Positions 11,721 through 24,019 of a stretch of 64,000 nt of DNA are shown here, in pieces. A model generated the notes under the pieces. It was given only the letters and a program-made list of their open reading frames with translations. It was not told where the DNA came from and made no database searches. The position numbers were made by a program, and so were the translations under genes. How positions within the stretch are numbered: position 1 is the stretch's first letter; the number at the start of each line of letters is the position of its first letter. This stretch comes from Scyliorhinus canicula (lineage: Eukaryota). The stretch is from the NCBI RefSeq assembly GCF_902713615.1, contig NC_052172.1, positions 124,001-188,000 on the forward strand. Reading direction: 5' to 3'.

Positions 11721-14700
11721 TCCCGGTTCTCTCCCTCCCCCGGTTCTCTCCCTCCCCCGGTTCCCTCCCTCCCCCAGTTCCCTCCCTCCCCCGGTTCCCT
11801 CCCTCCCCCAGTTCACTCCCTCCCCCAGTTCACTCCCTCTCCCGATTCTCTCACTCTCCCTCCCAGTTCTCTCCCTCTCCCGGTTCACTCCCTCTCCCGG
11901 TTCTCTCCCTCTCCCGGTTCACTCCCTCTCCCTCCCGGTTCTCTCACTCTCCCTCCCGGTTCTCACACTCTCCCGGTTCACTCCCTCTCCCCCGGTTCAC
12001 TCTCTCCCGGTTCACTCCCTCCCTCCCCCGGTTCACTCCCTCCCTCCCCCGGTTCACTCCCCCCCCCCCCCTCCCCCGGTTTCACTCCCCCCCCCCCCTC
12101 CCCCGTTCACTCCCCCCCCCCCCCCCCCCGTTTCACTCCCCCCCCCCTCCCCCGGTTCACTCCCCCCCCCCCCCCCGTTCACCCCCCCCCCCTCCCCCGG
12201 TTCACTCCCCCCCCCCCTCCCCCGGTTCACTCCCCCCCCCTCCCCCGTTCACTCCCCCCCCCCCCCCTCCCCCGTTTCACTCCCCCCCCCTCTCCCGTTT
12301 CACTCCCCCCCCCTCCCCCGGTTTCACATCCCCCCCCCCCTCCCCCGGTTCACTTCACCCCCCCCCTCCCCGTTCCCTCCCCCCCCCGCCTCCCCCCTCA
12401 CGCCCCCCCCCCTCCCCCGTTCCTTCCCCCCCCCCCATCCCCGGTTCACTCCCCCCCACCCCTCCCCGGTTCACGATCCCCCCCCCCCCTCCCCCGGTTC
12501 ACTCCCCCCCCCCTCCCCCGGTTCACTCCCCCCCCCCCCCTCCCCGGTTCCCCCCCCCCCTCCCCTCCCCTCCCCCCCCCTCCCCCCCCCCTCCCCTCCC
12601 CCCCCCCCTCCCTCCCCCCCCCCCTCCCCTCCCCCCCCCCCCTCCCTCCCCCTCCCCCCCCCTCCCCTCCCCCCCCCACTCCCCTCCCCCCTCCCCCCCC
12701 CTCCCCTCCCCCCCCTCCCCTCCCCTCCCCCCCCCCCTCCCCTCCCTCCCCCCCCCCNNNNNNNNNNNNNNNNNNNNNNNNNNNNNNNNNNNNNNNNNNN
12801 NNNNNNNNNNNNNNNNNNNNNNNNNNNNNNNNNNNNNNNNNNNNNNNNNNNNNNNNNNNNNNNNNNNNNNNNNNNNNNNNNNNNNNNNNNNNNNNNNNNN
12901 NNNNNNNNNNNNNNNNNNNNNNNNNNNNNNNNNNNNNNNNNNNNNNNNNNNNNNNNNNNNNNNNNNNNNNNNNNNNNNNNNNNNNNNNNNNNNNNNNNNN
13001 NNNNNNNNNNNNNNNNNNNNNNNNNNNNNNNNNNNNNNNNNNNNNTCCCTCCCCCCCCCTCCCCTCCCATCCCCCCCCTCCCCCCCCTCCCCCCCCTCCC
13101 CTCCCCTCCCCCCCTCCCCCACTCCCCTCCCCCCCCCTCCCCTCCCCCCCCCCCCCCTCCCCTCCCCCCCCCTCCCCCCCCCTCCCCCCCCCTCTCCCCT
13201 CCCCCCCCCTCCCCCCCCTCCCCCGGTTCACTCCCCCCCCCCTCCCCCGGTTCACCTCCCCCCCCCCTGCCCCGGTTCACTCCCCCCCCCCTCCCCCGGT
13301 TCACTCCCCCCCCCCCCCTCCCCCGGGTCACTCCCCCCCCCTCCCCCCCCTCTCCCCCGGGTCACTCCCCTCCCCTCTCTCTCCCCCCCCCTCCCCCTCC
13401 CCGGTCACTCCCCCCCCCTCCCCCGGTTCACTCCCCCCCCTCCCCCGGTTCACTCCCCCCCCCTCCCCCGGTGCACTCCCCCCCCCCTCCCCCGGTGCAC
13501 TCCCCCCCCCCTCCCCCGGTGCACTCCCCCCCCCCTCCCCCGGTGCACTCCCCCCCCCCTCCCCCGGTTCACTCCCCCCCCCTCCCCCGTTCCTCCCCCC
13601 CCCCTCCCCGGTTCACTCCCCCCCCCCTCCCCCGGTTCACTCCCCCCCCCCCCTCCCCCGGTTCACTCCCCCCCCCTCCCCCGGTTCACTCCCCCCCCCC
13701 TCCCCCCGTTTCACTCCCCCCCCCCCCCCTCCCCCGGTTCCTCCCCCCCCCCTCCCCCGGTTCACTCCCCCCCCCCCTCCCCCGGTTCACTCCCCCCCCC
13801 TCTCCGTTCCTCCCCACTCCCCCCCCCTCTCCCGTTTCACTCCCCCCCCCCTCTCCCGGTGCACTCCCCCCCCCCCCTCCCCCGGTTCACTCCCTCCCCC
13901 TCCCCCGGTTCACTCCCTCCCTCCCTCCCTCCCCCGGTTCACTCCCCCCCCCCTCCCCCGGTTCACTCCCCCCCCTCCCCCGGTTCACTCCCCCCCCCCC
14001 TCCCCCGGTTTCACTCCCCCCCTCTCCCGTTTCACCTCCCCCCCCCCTCCCCCGGTTCACTCCCCCCCCCCTCCCCCGGTTCACTCCACCCCCCCCCTCC
14101 CCCGGTTCACTCCCCCCCCCTCCCCCGGTTCACTCCCCCCCCCTCCCCCGTTCACTCCCCCCCCTCCCCCGGTTCACTCCCCCCCCCCTCCCCCGGTTTC
14201 ACTCCCCCCCCCCCCCCCGGTTCACTCCCCCCCCCTCCCCGTTCACTCCCCCCCCCCTCCCCCGGTTCACTCCCCCCCCCCTCCCCCGGTTCACTCCCCC
14301 CCCCCCTCCCCCGGTTCACTCCCCCCCCCTCCCCCCGGTTCACTCCCCCCCCCCCCCCCCCCGGTTCACTCCCCCCCCCTCCCCCGGTTCACTCCCCGCC
14401 CCTCCCCCGGTTCACTCCCCCCCCTCCCCCGTTTCACTCCCCCCCCTCCCCCGTTTCACTCCCCCCCCTCCCCGTTCACTCCTCCCCCCCCCCTCCCCCG
14501 GTTCACTCCCCCCCTCCCCCGGTTCACTCCCCCCCCCTCCCCCGGTTTCACTCCCCCCCCCTTTCACTCCCCCCCCCCCCTTTCACTCCCCCCCCCTTTC
14601 ACTCCCCCCCTTTCACTCCCCCCCCCCCTTTCACTCCCCCCCCCCATTTCACTCCCCCCCCCCATTTCACCCCCCCCCCCCATTTCACTCCCCCCCCCCC

Positions 14701-15140
14701 CCCATTTCACTCCCCCCCCCCATTTCACTCCCCCCCCCATTTCACACTCCCCCCCCCATTTCACTCGTCTCCCCCCCCCATTTCAACCCTCCCTCACCCC
14801 CCATTTCACTCCCTCCCCCCCATTTCACGTCCCATCCAACACAGTACACTATCCTCCCCCCACCCGGTTCCACTCCCTCCCCCCCCCCCCGTTCACTCCC
14901 TCTTCCGGTTTACTCACTTCCCAGTGTGTCAGGCTACTTTAGTTCCATACAATCCCAGGTTTAATACATTCCGCTCATTTTACAGGTTTTACACACTAAT
15001 ATGTAATTAAATTATCTTTGATTATGCATCTTCCACTGATTTTACACATTTCTCTGGTTAACACACTCCCCTCATTTATTATTGTCCCTGGTTTACACTC
15101 CCCACTAGTTTACACGTTCTCCTGGTTTACACGTTCCCTC
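11720..15140. repeat. C-rich CCCCGGTTCACTCCC(C)n array spanning an assembly gap (N 12758-13045), grading into the degenerate 17-mer
   Basis: Directly visible; its reverse complement GGGAGTGAACCGGGG matches the 17-bp family core. Confidence 0.9.
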
Positions 15141-15974
15141 TTTGAGTCCATCTTTATTTTTAAATTTGCTGTTCGGATCAGAATGGTTAGAATCTGTGGG
15201 TCACTGTGAAAATCTCCACTCTCAGAGGGGGTGGGACTATTCTTTAACTGGGTGTCCCTGCTTGTTGAGTTTGGGGTTTAGTGTTACCGGCAGTGCAGGA
15301 GGATCACATCAAACAGGAAAATCTCCACTGTTGGAGAGGAGATCATTTGTATTTCCACATTCAAGTAAAACGTGTCATCAATGAGTTTAGATTTAAAAAT
15401 ATGACTTGCTGCTGCCGGGTATTTAGGGAAACAGAAGAAAGGGAGCAGAAAACTCAGTTGATCAGGAAGTGAGGTGAAAATCTACAATTAAGGCACCGAT
15501 TTGGAAACAAATGTTCAGAAGAGGGAGAATTCTGCCCTGGGAAATGTAATTTCCAAACCTTGTGTGTGGAAGTGAATATTGTGGAAAAGAGAGTGAAAGG
15601 GGCGGGTCACACAGGAGAAACCAACTGTGTTTGTGTGTCCGCTCTGATCAGCAGATCTCCCAATCCCTCTGGGACAAAATGGAAATATTGTTCATTCAAT
15701 CAATCCCCCTGATCCCCTCCTACTTTCCCAAGTTGGATTTCAGTGCAGTTTCGATGCTGCTTTCCAGATTTCTGCGGAAAGGTTGGGAAAATGAGAGCGA
15801 TCGGGTGAGAGAGCGCGAACAGTGCATCAGTAAAACGGGTTTAAATCCGAAATGGAGCATTCAAATCGCGTGAAACCTTTCCTACAGCAAACATTAGAGT
15901 GTGAGAGACAGGAAGGATTTATCCTGGGACTCTGTGGAGATGGAATTTGAGTGGAATTGGAGAGTTTGGGACCA

Positions 15975-16060
15975 GAGAAAAACACAGAGGCAGCAGCAGC
16001 AGCCTGGAGCTGAGAGCAGGTTGTCTCCGCCCCGTCCGCTCGCTGCCTTTAAGTTGCTCA
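15975..16060 (+). promoter_or_regulatory. H1 promoter (AC box AAACACA, GC box, TATA-like TTTAAG)
   Basis: AAAAACACAG ~15978, CCGCCC ~16027, TTTAAG ~16048 upstream of the H1 ATG. Confidence 0.6.
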
Positions 16061-16131
16061 GTGCCGCCACCAGAGGCTTCATTTCTCAGCCACTTCACAT
16101 TGAGGGAGAGATTTTGTGCCGAGTCCCGGAC

Positions 16132-16791
16132 ATGAGCGAAAGTGCAGCCGCCGAAACGGCTCCTCCAGCCGCCGCCCCAGTCAAGGCTGTCAAGAAGCAG
16201 AAGAAGGCGGTTCTCCGGAAGAAACCAGAAGGTCCCGGGCTGGGCGAGCTGATCCACAAGATTGTGGCGGATAGCGGCGATCGCAAGGGGGTTTCCTTAC
16301 AGGCCATAAAGAAGCAGCTGTGGAGCAAAGGGGTCGATGTGGATAAACGGGGGTACCAGATCAAGCAAAGTGTCAAGAGGAGTGTGGACAACGGCAGCTT
16401 GGCTCAGGTCAAGGGCACGGGCGCCTCCGGCTCCTTCAAGATCGTGAAGAAGACAACCGGGGGGAAAGTGATAAAGACCGGAGCAGGCAAGAAACCTTTA
16501 GTGAAGAAAGCAGCAGCCAAGAAATCTCCCAAGAAAGCAGCACCCAAGAAACCCGCAGCCAAGAAAGCAGCAGCCAAGAAAACTCCCAAGAAACCCGCAG
16601 CCAAGAAATCTCCCAAGAAAGCAGCAGCCAAGAAATCTCCCAAGAAAGCAGCACCCAAGAACGCGGCAGCTCCCAAAAAGAGCGCGAAGAAAGCAGCCCC
16701 GGAGAAAAGTTCTGTGAAAAAGATCAAGGGCGGAATAAAGCAGACCAAATCGAGGGTCAAGCCCAAAGTGAAGAAACCAGCAAAGAAGTGA
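16132..16791 (+). CDS. H1: Linker histone H1 (219 aa), replication-dependent
   Basis: MSESAAAETAPPAA start, winged helix ..GVSLQAIKKQL..KGTGASGSFK, K/A/P tail with S/TPKK motifs, downstream stem-loop. Confidence 0.95.
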   Translation: MSESAAAETAPPAAAPVKAVKKQKKAVLRKKPEGPGLGELIHKIVADSGDRKGVSLQAIKKQLWSKGVDVDKRGYQIKQSVKRSVDNGSLAQVKGTGASGSFKIVKKTTGGKVIKTGAGKKPLVKKAAAKKSPKKAAPKKPAAKKAAAKKTPKKPAAKKSPKKAAAKKSPKKAAPKNAAAPKKSAKKAAPEKSSVKKIKGGIKQTKSRVKPKVKKPAKK

Positions 16792-16827
16792 AAGAACGCG
16801 AGCAAATTGTAAACCTCTGAACCCAAA

Positions 16828-16870
16828 GGCTCTTCTCAGAGCCACCCACATCTCTCCGGAAAGAGCTGAT
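16828..16870 (+). terminator. Histone 3' stem-loop and U7 downstream element (H1)
   Basis: GGCTCT-TCTC-AGAGCC ACCCA ... GAAAGAGCTG. Confidence 0.9.
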
Positions 16871-17553
16871 CCCCCGACCAATGAATCCCTGTCCCGGTGC
16901 TGGGAGCAGATTTCAGATAGAAATGTCAATCCAGTATTGCCGCTCACTCGCTGACATGCTCTGCACCGGGCTTCTCCCCCCACTCTGCACTAAAACACAG
17001 GGAAGTTGCTGCTTCTTCCTAACCGGGGAACAGTCACAGTTTGTATTAGTTTCATTATTCACAGGTTCATGGGAAGAGTCTGTAAAATACTTCACATGGC
17101 GGAGAAATCCCGCCTCACAACTCAAAACACTTTATATCAGCTGGAAGGGATGTTAGTAAAATTCCCAATCTGTCTGGGAGAGGAGTTGTGTGGGGATGGA
17201 ATCGGAGCTGGGGTTGGAATGAGAGCAGATAGGTCGGCTGGTTCTAGAAAGGAGTGGACTGAGGCCGGAATATTACTGACATGCCTGGATTTAATAGATC
17301 CGCGTTTCTAACTAGCTGCTATATGATGTTGCAGTTTGTACGTGTTCAGCGCGCTCTTTTCACTTCTGTTTGGAATATAAAATGTGGGTTGGAGCAGGCA
17401 GGAGGCGGAGCTGGATGATCAAAGACATTTCACTGCTCTGTCTGTCACTCAGTCTGCTCCCCGCCTCTCTCTCTTTCTCAGTCAGGTCGGGGCGGGCTGT
17501 ATAATAAAGGAAAGTGCAGCAGCTCTTCTCTCATTCAGCAGCGATTTGATTGA

Positions 17554-17874
<321 letters not shown>

Positions 17875-17908
17875 GAAACTCCATTTGACAACTTTAACAA
17901 CACCCAAA

Positions 17909-17924
17909 GGCTCTTTTAAGAGCC
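17909..17924 (+). terminator. Histone 3' stem-loop (H4)
   Basis: GGCTCTTTTAAGAGCC. Confidence 0.9.
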
Positions 17925-18451
17925 GCCCAAACCCTCACATTGAGAGCACTGACCTGAAATGGCAGCAGAATAACCCATGGCGCTGGTTTAGCGAATCAGA
18001 GCTTTGATACCTCGATTTCCTATCATTCATTTATTTTCTCGTTAGAAGGCGATATAGATGCGCTGTACAGTCTGAAACAACCTTTCTCAAGTCAAGCCTG
18101 TAACCTCACATAGTGAACACGGACATTGTAATGAGAGCGGGAATTCTGTGCCTGCTCGGTTTTGTTCATCTCATCTCGGGTCACTCCAATCCGAGACAAA
18201 ATGGGAAGCAGGAATCATTGAGATGTTTTTGATATTCACAACTCGAGATTGATTTTTTTCGGTTTTCTCAAATATCCGTTCCTTGTCCCTGTGAAATTGG
18301 CGGGCTGTTTGAAATTGATAATTTTTCAGTTGCAGGTCCACCAATCAGGGCCCTGATATCCTTGCCGCCCATCGCTCTTTTCAAACTTGTCCACGGGATC
18401 GGGCTGCATCCAATGAGGAGAAGAGGGCGGTCACTATAATGCCTTAAATAG

Positions 18452-18919
<468 letters not shown>

Positions 18920-18948
18920 AACCCGGCTTCACCAATAATAACAACAAA

Positions 18949-18990
18949 GGCTCTTTTAAGAGCCACCAAGTCGGTCAGGAAAAGAGCTTA
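18949..18990 (+). terminator. Histone 3' stem-loop and HDE (H3)
   Basis: GGCTCTTTTAAGAGCCACCA ... GAAAAGAGCT. Confidence 0.9.
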
Positions 18991-19182
18991 CACCCCAGTA
19001 TCTCGATTCAGCATTTTTAAAAATCTCTGTTATTTGTTTCCTCAATGCCCTGGATCCGTTATCTGTTGTAGTCCAGCCCGTATTTAATTTCAGCCCAATA
19101 AACTAGACTGGCTGTGATTACTAATACCAATAACAATATCATGTAATCACAGGGACTGCACCGACGCCTGGAAAGAGCAATT

Positions 19183-19300
19183 TAGATAGATAGATTGATA
19201 GGTAGAGAGACAGATATATGGATGGAAAGATAGATACGAAAGAGATAGAAACTTGCATAGATATACGGATGGATCGATAGATATGTAGATAGGTAGAAAG
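19183..19300. repeat. Degenerate (GATA)n microsatellite
   Basis: TAGATAGATAGATTGATAGG... Confidence 0.7.
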
Positions 19301-19928
19301 ACCGTAAATACTAACTCACTCACAGAAAAGTTGCCATTACAGCCGATGGCTTTAGGCCAATTCTTACAATTTACTCTGCATTACAATGAACTTTCTCGTC
19401 TCCAGGAAAATTCATCGTTTATTTAATATGCTGTTGTCATTTTTGCCGCACAGTATGTAATATCAAAGCCTTTTTATTGGAGCTATAATAATTTCAGTTT
19501 CCTAGGATTTCTTACCCCAATAAACTGCTTCCATAAAAACCTTCCTGCACATCGTGAGCCAGAGTTTGATGTTAATCCGAGGCTCCGAGTACGAAGCGTG
19601 TCACACAGTAACCCACTTGCAGATATAGTCATTGCAGAAACACCGACACATTAAATAGCAGAGCGGAATCTCTTGCGGAGAGATTACAGATCAGACATCC
19701 TTCTTTGAGCAATATTATTGGAACTAAGATCATTTCAGATCAGACACTTTTATCCCAAATAAACACATATAATTCACATGTGTCATAAATACTGAACATG
19801 TAAATAATGTCACGCACAGAATGCGCTGCGGATTGATGTCATAAAACGTGAAACATTTGCACATTAAGCAAAAGAGCAGAATCTCTGACGGTCAGATAAT
19901 AGTTAGGCCTTTTCCAGATAAAGTGAGT

Positions 19929-19944
19929 GGCTCTGAAAAGAGCC
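19929..19944 (-). terminator. Histone 3' stem-loop (H2A)
   Basis: Reverse complement GGCTCTTTTCAGAGCC. Confidence 0.9.
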
Positions 19945-19974
19945 TTTGGGTTATTATATTAAAGAACGTTCGCT

Positions 19975-20412
<438 letters not shown>

Positions 20413-21470
20413 TCACTTCTCTTATAGCTTCAGGAGGAATGGCGGTGCACACATTGCTGATTGGTTATCTGAACAACATTGTGGAGCCGGCTACAAAGTG
20501 ACCAATCAGATATCTGTTTGAAGCACCAATCAGGAGAATCTACTGGTGCTGAGGGCGGAAAGTTTGGGCGCCAAATGTTCAGATTCCAACCGAATATTTA
20601 TTTCAAAGCTTAAAAGAGCGCAAAAAGATAAAACAGATAAAATTGAACAAGGAAAAAAAATGTGACTAAATCATTTAGTTTTGAGTATAGGATTGTTGGA
20701 TTCTCTCTCTTTGACGAGTCTACAGTTTCCCTTTATTTGTCAGTTTCGGATTTGGGGATTTCTTTGTAACTGACGAACCCATAACAAATTAAAGCAAATA
20801 ATGCGGATGCTGCAAATGTGAATTGAAGAGAAAATGCTGCAGAAAATCAGCATGTCTGTGAGTATCCGTGGAAATGTTTCGGATTTAGATCCGAAACTGT
20901 TCCCACGGATTCTTACAATTTGGATTGGAATCGAGTTTAATCTGGCTGCTGTTTAAAACGCTATCAGCCGGAGACAGAATTTCACTCTCCGGGGACTGTT
21001 CCGCGCATGCGTGCCCACTCAGCACTATCAGGCAGTGCGCAGGCGCGGCCCTCAGCGTCCAGACCACCTCCTCCTGACGTCACCGGGCTGTCCAGGGGCA
21101 GCTTCTTTGAAGCAACACCGGGTTCAAGCGGCGCTGGAGAGCAGATCCTCCATTTTGTAGCTGGCAGCTGGGAAGAATTGAAAATGGATGGTTTTGTAAT
21201 AAAGAAGAGAGGGTCAGAGACACAAACAGGCCCGCATCTCACAACTAAATCTGTGGGAGAGTCGCCCAGGGGAGTGACAGCAACACAAAGCAGAGCTGGT
21301 GTCAGCTCCACGGCCTCTGCTCAACAACCCATTCAGAAGGAGCTGAAATCAGGAACACAGCAGAATAAAGGTGATATTTGAAGGTATGTCTTAAAAATTG
21401 TGCCAATGCAAATCAGGATCCCCTCCGGCTGATATATTTGGAGATGAGACGTGGATGCTCTCTATGTGGT

Positions 21471-21810
21471 GGGCAGCACGGTAGCATGGTGGTTAGCATA
21501 AATGCTTCACAGCTCCAGGGTCCCAGGTTCGATTCGCGGCTGGGTCACTGTCTGTGTGGAGTCTGCACGTCCTCCCCGTGTGTGCGTCGGTTTCCTCCGG
21601 GTGCTCCGGTTTCCTCCCACAGTCCAAAGATGTGCGGGTTAGGTGGATTGGCCATGCTAAATTGCCCGTAGTGTAAGGTTAATGGGGGGATTGTTGGGTT
21701 ACGGGTATAGGGTGGATACGTGTGTTTGAGTAGGGTGATCATTGCTCGGCACAACATCGAGGGACGAAGCGCCTGTTCTGTGCTGTACTGTTCAATGTTC
21801 TATGTTCTAT
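21471..21810 (+). mobile_element. HE1-type V-SINE, full length
   Basis: Complete head/core/(ATGTTCT)n tail; TCTATGT on both sides. Confidence 0.92.
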
Positions 21811-22305
21811 GTCTTACCTTGCAGACATCTTTTCAATTCTAAACACACTGAACCTCAAATTGCAAGGAAAGGAGGAGGATTGCTTTTGGCGCTGTGAAGA
21901 ATTTGATGCTTTCCAAAAGTAATTGAATGTTAGGCAACTGCGAGTAGAAAGCCAATCCTCCTACACGTTCCCCACACTGCAATGACATATGGAAGAAAAT
22001 AGTAAGGGAACTGTCGATAGACTGGCTGCGCTGATCAACAGTTTTTATCGCTTTTTCAGAAGAGAAGTTTCAGATTTTGAGAGAGAATTGGTTGGTGAAA
22101 ACTCCCTTTGACCCCGGACTCAATTACAAACTGATAGCTGACACCAAATGTACAAACTGAGCTTCTGCACCTCACCTGTGACAGCACATTAAAAATACGC
22201 CACAACCCCATGAGGTTTTCAGAATTCTGGCGTCGCGTCTAGGAGGAGTATCCAGTGCTGAGTAAAACCAGCATTCTGTTGCTATTACACATCACAAGGA
22301 TCTAC

Positions 22306-22629
22306 ATAAGACCATAAGACATAGGAGTGGAAGTAAGGCCATTCGGCCCATCGAGTCCACTCCGCCATTCAATCATGGCTGATGGGCATTTCAACTCCAC
22401 CTACCAGCATTCTCCCCGTAGCCCTCAATTCCTCGCGACATCAAGAATTTATCTATCTCTGCCTTGAAGCCATTTAGCGTCCCGGCCTCCACTGCACTCC
22501 GCGGCAATGAATTCCACAGGCCCACCACTCTCTGGCTGAAGAAATGTCTCCGCATTTCTGTTCTGAATTTACCCCTCTAATTCTAAGGCTGTGCCCACGG
22601 GTCCTCGGCTCCTCGCCTAACGGAAACAG
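22306..22629 (-). mobile_element. CR1 3' fragment
   Basis: Reverse complement of FFSQRVVGLWNSLP and a CR1 tail. Confidence 0.8.
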
Positions 22630-23182
22630 TTACATGTTAAAGGTTTGGATTTTCACCCTCAAAAGGATGAAGACAGCACAAATGAACCAGCTGAACTCTG
22701 CACCTGATACACGCGCTGCCCTCTCCACATCTGAACCTGATTGAAGTGAGATCATAAGGACCAAGCAAGCTCACCTGCTGCATTGAAGGTAAGAGAACAT
22801 AGTGGGTCATGGTGGTCTGCTTGAGTGGGTCCCAAAGGTAGTTCATCCATTTTTCCTTCATTTACCAGGACTAACTGATCTAATGTCATTGATGTAGTAC
22901 ATGTGTTACAGATAAGAACATTTATAACTTAATCAGAATGGTAAAGGTAGTTTCAGACGTCAGGACGAGACCAGGTCTCATGCTACAAGAAGAGACCTAA
23001 GCAATGACACATATTATAAGAATTATTATTGGTAAACATGCAGTTACTGAAGAAATATTTTAAAATCCAGGTTTGGCAGTATGTCATGGTGCACATTACA
23101 GAGAAAGTGCTGCAAGCTGCTCAGAACAGTATGTTAACTATTCAAGTGGAGACTGGAGAAACTTTCAACTGGAGCTGAGTTC

Positions 23183-23620
23183 ATAGATTTCATAGAATCT
23201 ACAGTGCAGAAGGCGGCCATTCAGCCCATCGAGTCTGCAATGGCCCTTGGAAAGAGCATACTGATAACAATAGCTCATTGTCACAAGTAGGCTTCAGTGA
23301 AGTTACTGTGAAAAGCCCCAGTCGCTAGATTCCGGCGCCTGTTCGGGGAGGCCGGTACGGGAATTGAACCCGCGCTGCTGGCCTTGTTCTGCATTACAAG
23401 CCAGCTGCGTAGCCCACTGTGCTAAACCAGCCCCCCCCAACTGCCGAAGCCCACACCTCAACCCTATCCCCACACCACCCTCTCCCCGGAAACCTTCCCT
23501 CACCGTTTTTGGACACTAAGGAAAATTTTGCATTGCCAATCCACATAACCTGCACATCTTTGGACTGTGGGAGGAATCCGGAGCACCCGGAGGAAACATG
23601 GAGAGAACGTGTAGACTCAG
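23183..23620 (-). mobile_element. HE1-type SINE with a second tRNA-derived SINE nested (~23265-23432)
   Basis: Nested head reads GGGGCTGGTTTAGCACAGTGG..GGTTCAATTCC on the minus strand. Confidence 0.75.
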
Positions 23621-24014
23621 CTAACTGTGTAAACCAGCGGAGTGTTCAAATCATATTCAATTACAAATTGGAAACGAGGGGAGTGAGTAAATCAGTGGTG
23701 TGGGTAAACCAGGGAGTGTGGAAATCAGGGGAGTGCTTCAAACCAGGGGACTGTCCAAGACAAGACAATTCTCTAAAGCCACTGAAATGTATCAACCAGC
23801 GGACTCTGTGAATAGGGAATCGTGTACAAACCAAATTCAATTTCAAATATTAAAGGGGTGAAATTGAAGTGAATCAATGAAATGGTAGTCAGAAAGTGTG
23901 AGTTTTAGGGGCTGAGTGACAGTGTAATAACAAACAAGCTGCAGGCAATGGCTGCAGATTGAATATCTCATTGGGACAAACACACAGCTACAAAGGTGAT
24001 TGGTTAAGCCCTGC
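23620..24014 (+). repeat. 17-bp array arm plus upstream (CCAAT) part of cassette copy 3
   Basis: Reverse complement of ~1050-1330 and 11225-11380. Confidence 0.8.
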
Positions 24015-24019
24015 GCTGA

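Larger units (their letters stand above)
21000..22830 (+). mobile_element. hAT (Buster/Charlie, ZBED5/SCAND3-like) transposase remnant, internally deleted, with nested SINE and CR1
   Basis: MDGFVIKKR start (21184); SYLADIFSILNTLNLKLQGK; dimerisation-domain-like LTCDSTLK..EFWRRV*EEYPVLSK; C-terminal RAALSTSEPD..KQAH; stops and frameshifts; TIRs not identified. Confidence 0.8.

Noticed and set aside
11542-15010. 1140-aa and 383-aa proline-rich (extensin/formin-like) ORFs
   Set aside because: Translations of a C-rich tandem repeat; the longer one begins in a SINE and crosses an N gap
15901-16131. 77-aa N-terminal extension of H1 (similar extensions on H3 and H2A)
   Set aside because: Non-ATG starts running through promoter/5' UTR; canonical ATGs lie downstream
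21471-21545. tRNA gene-like sequences
   Set aside because: They are heads of HE1-type SINEs, followed by the V-domain and CR1 tail
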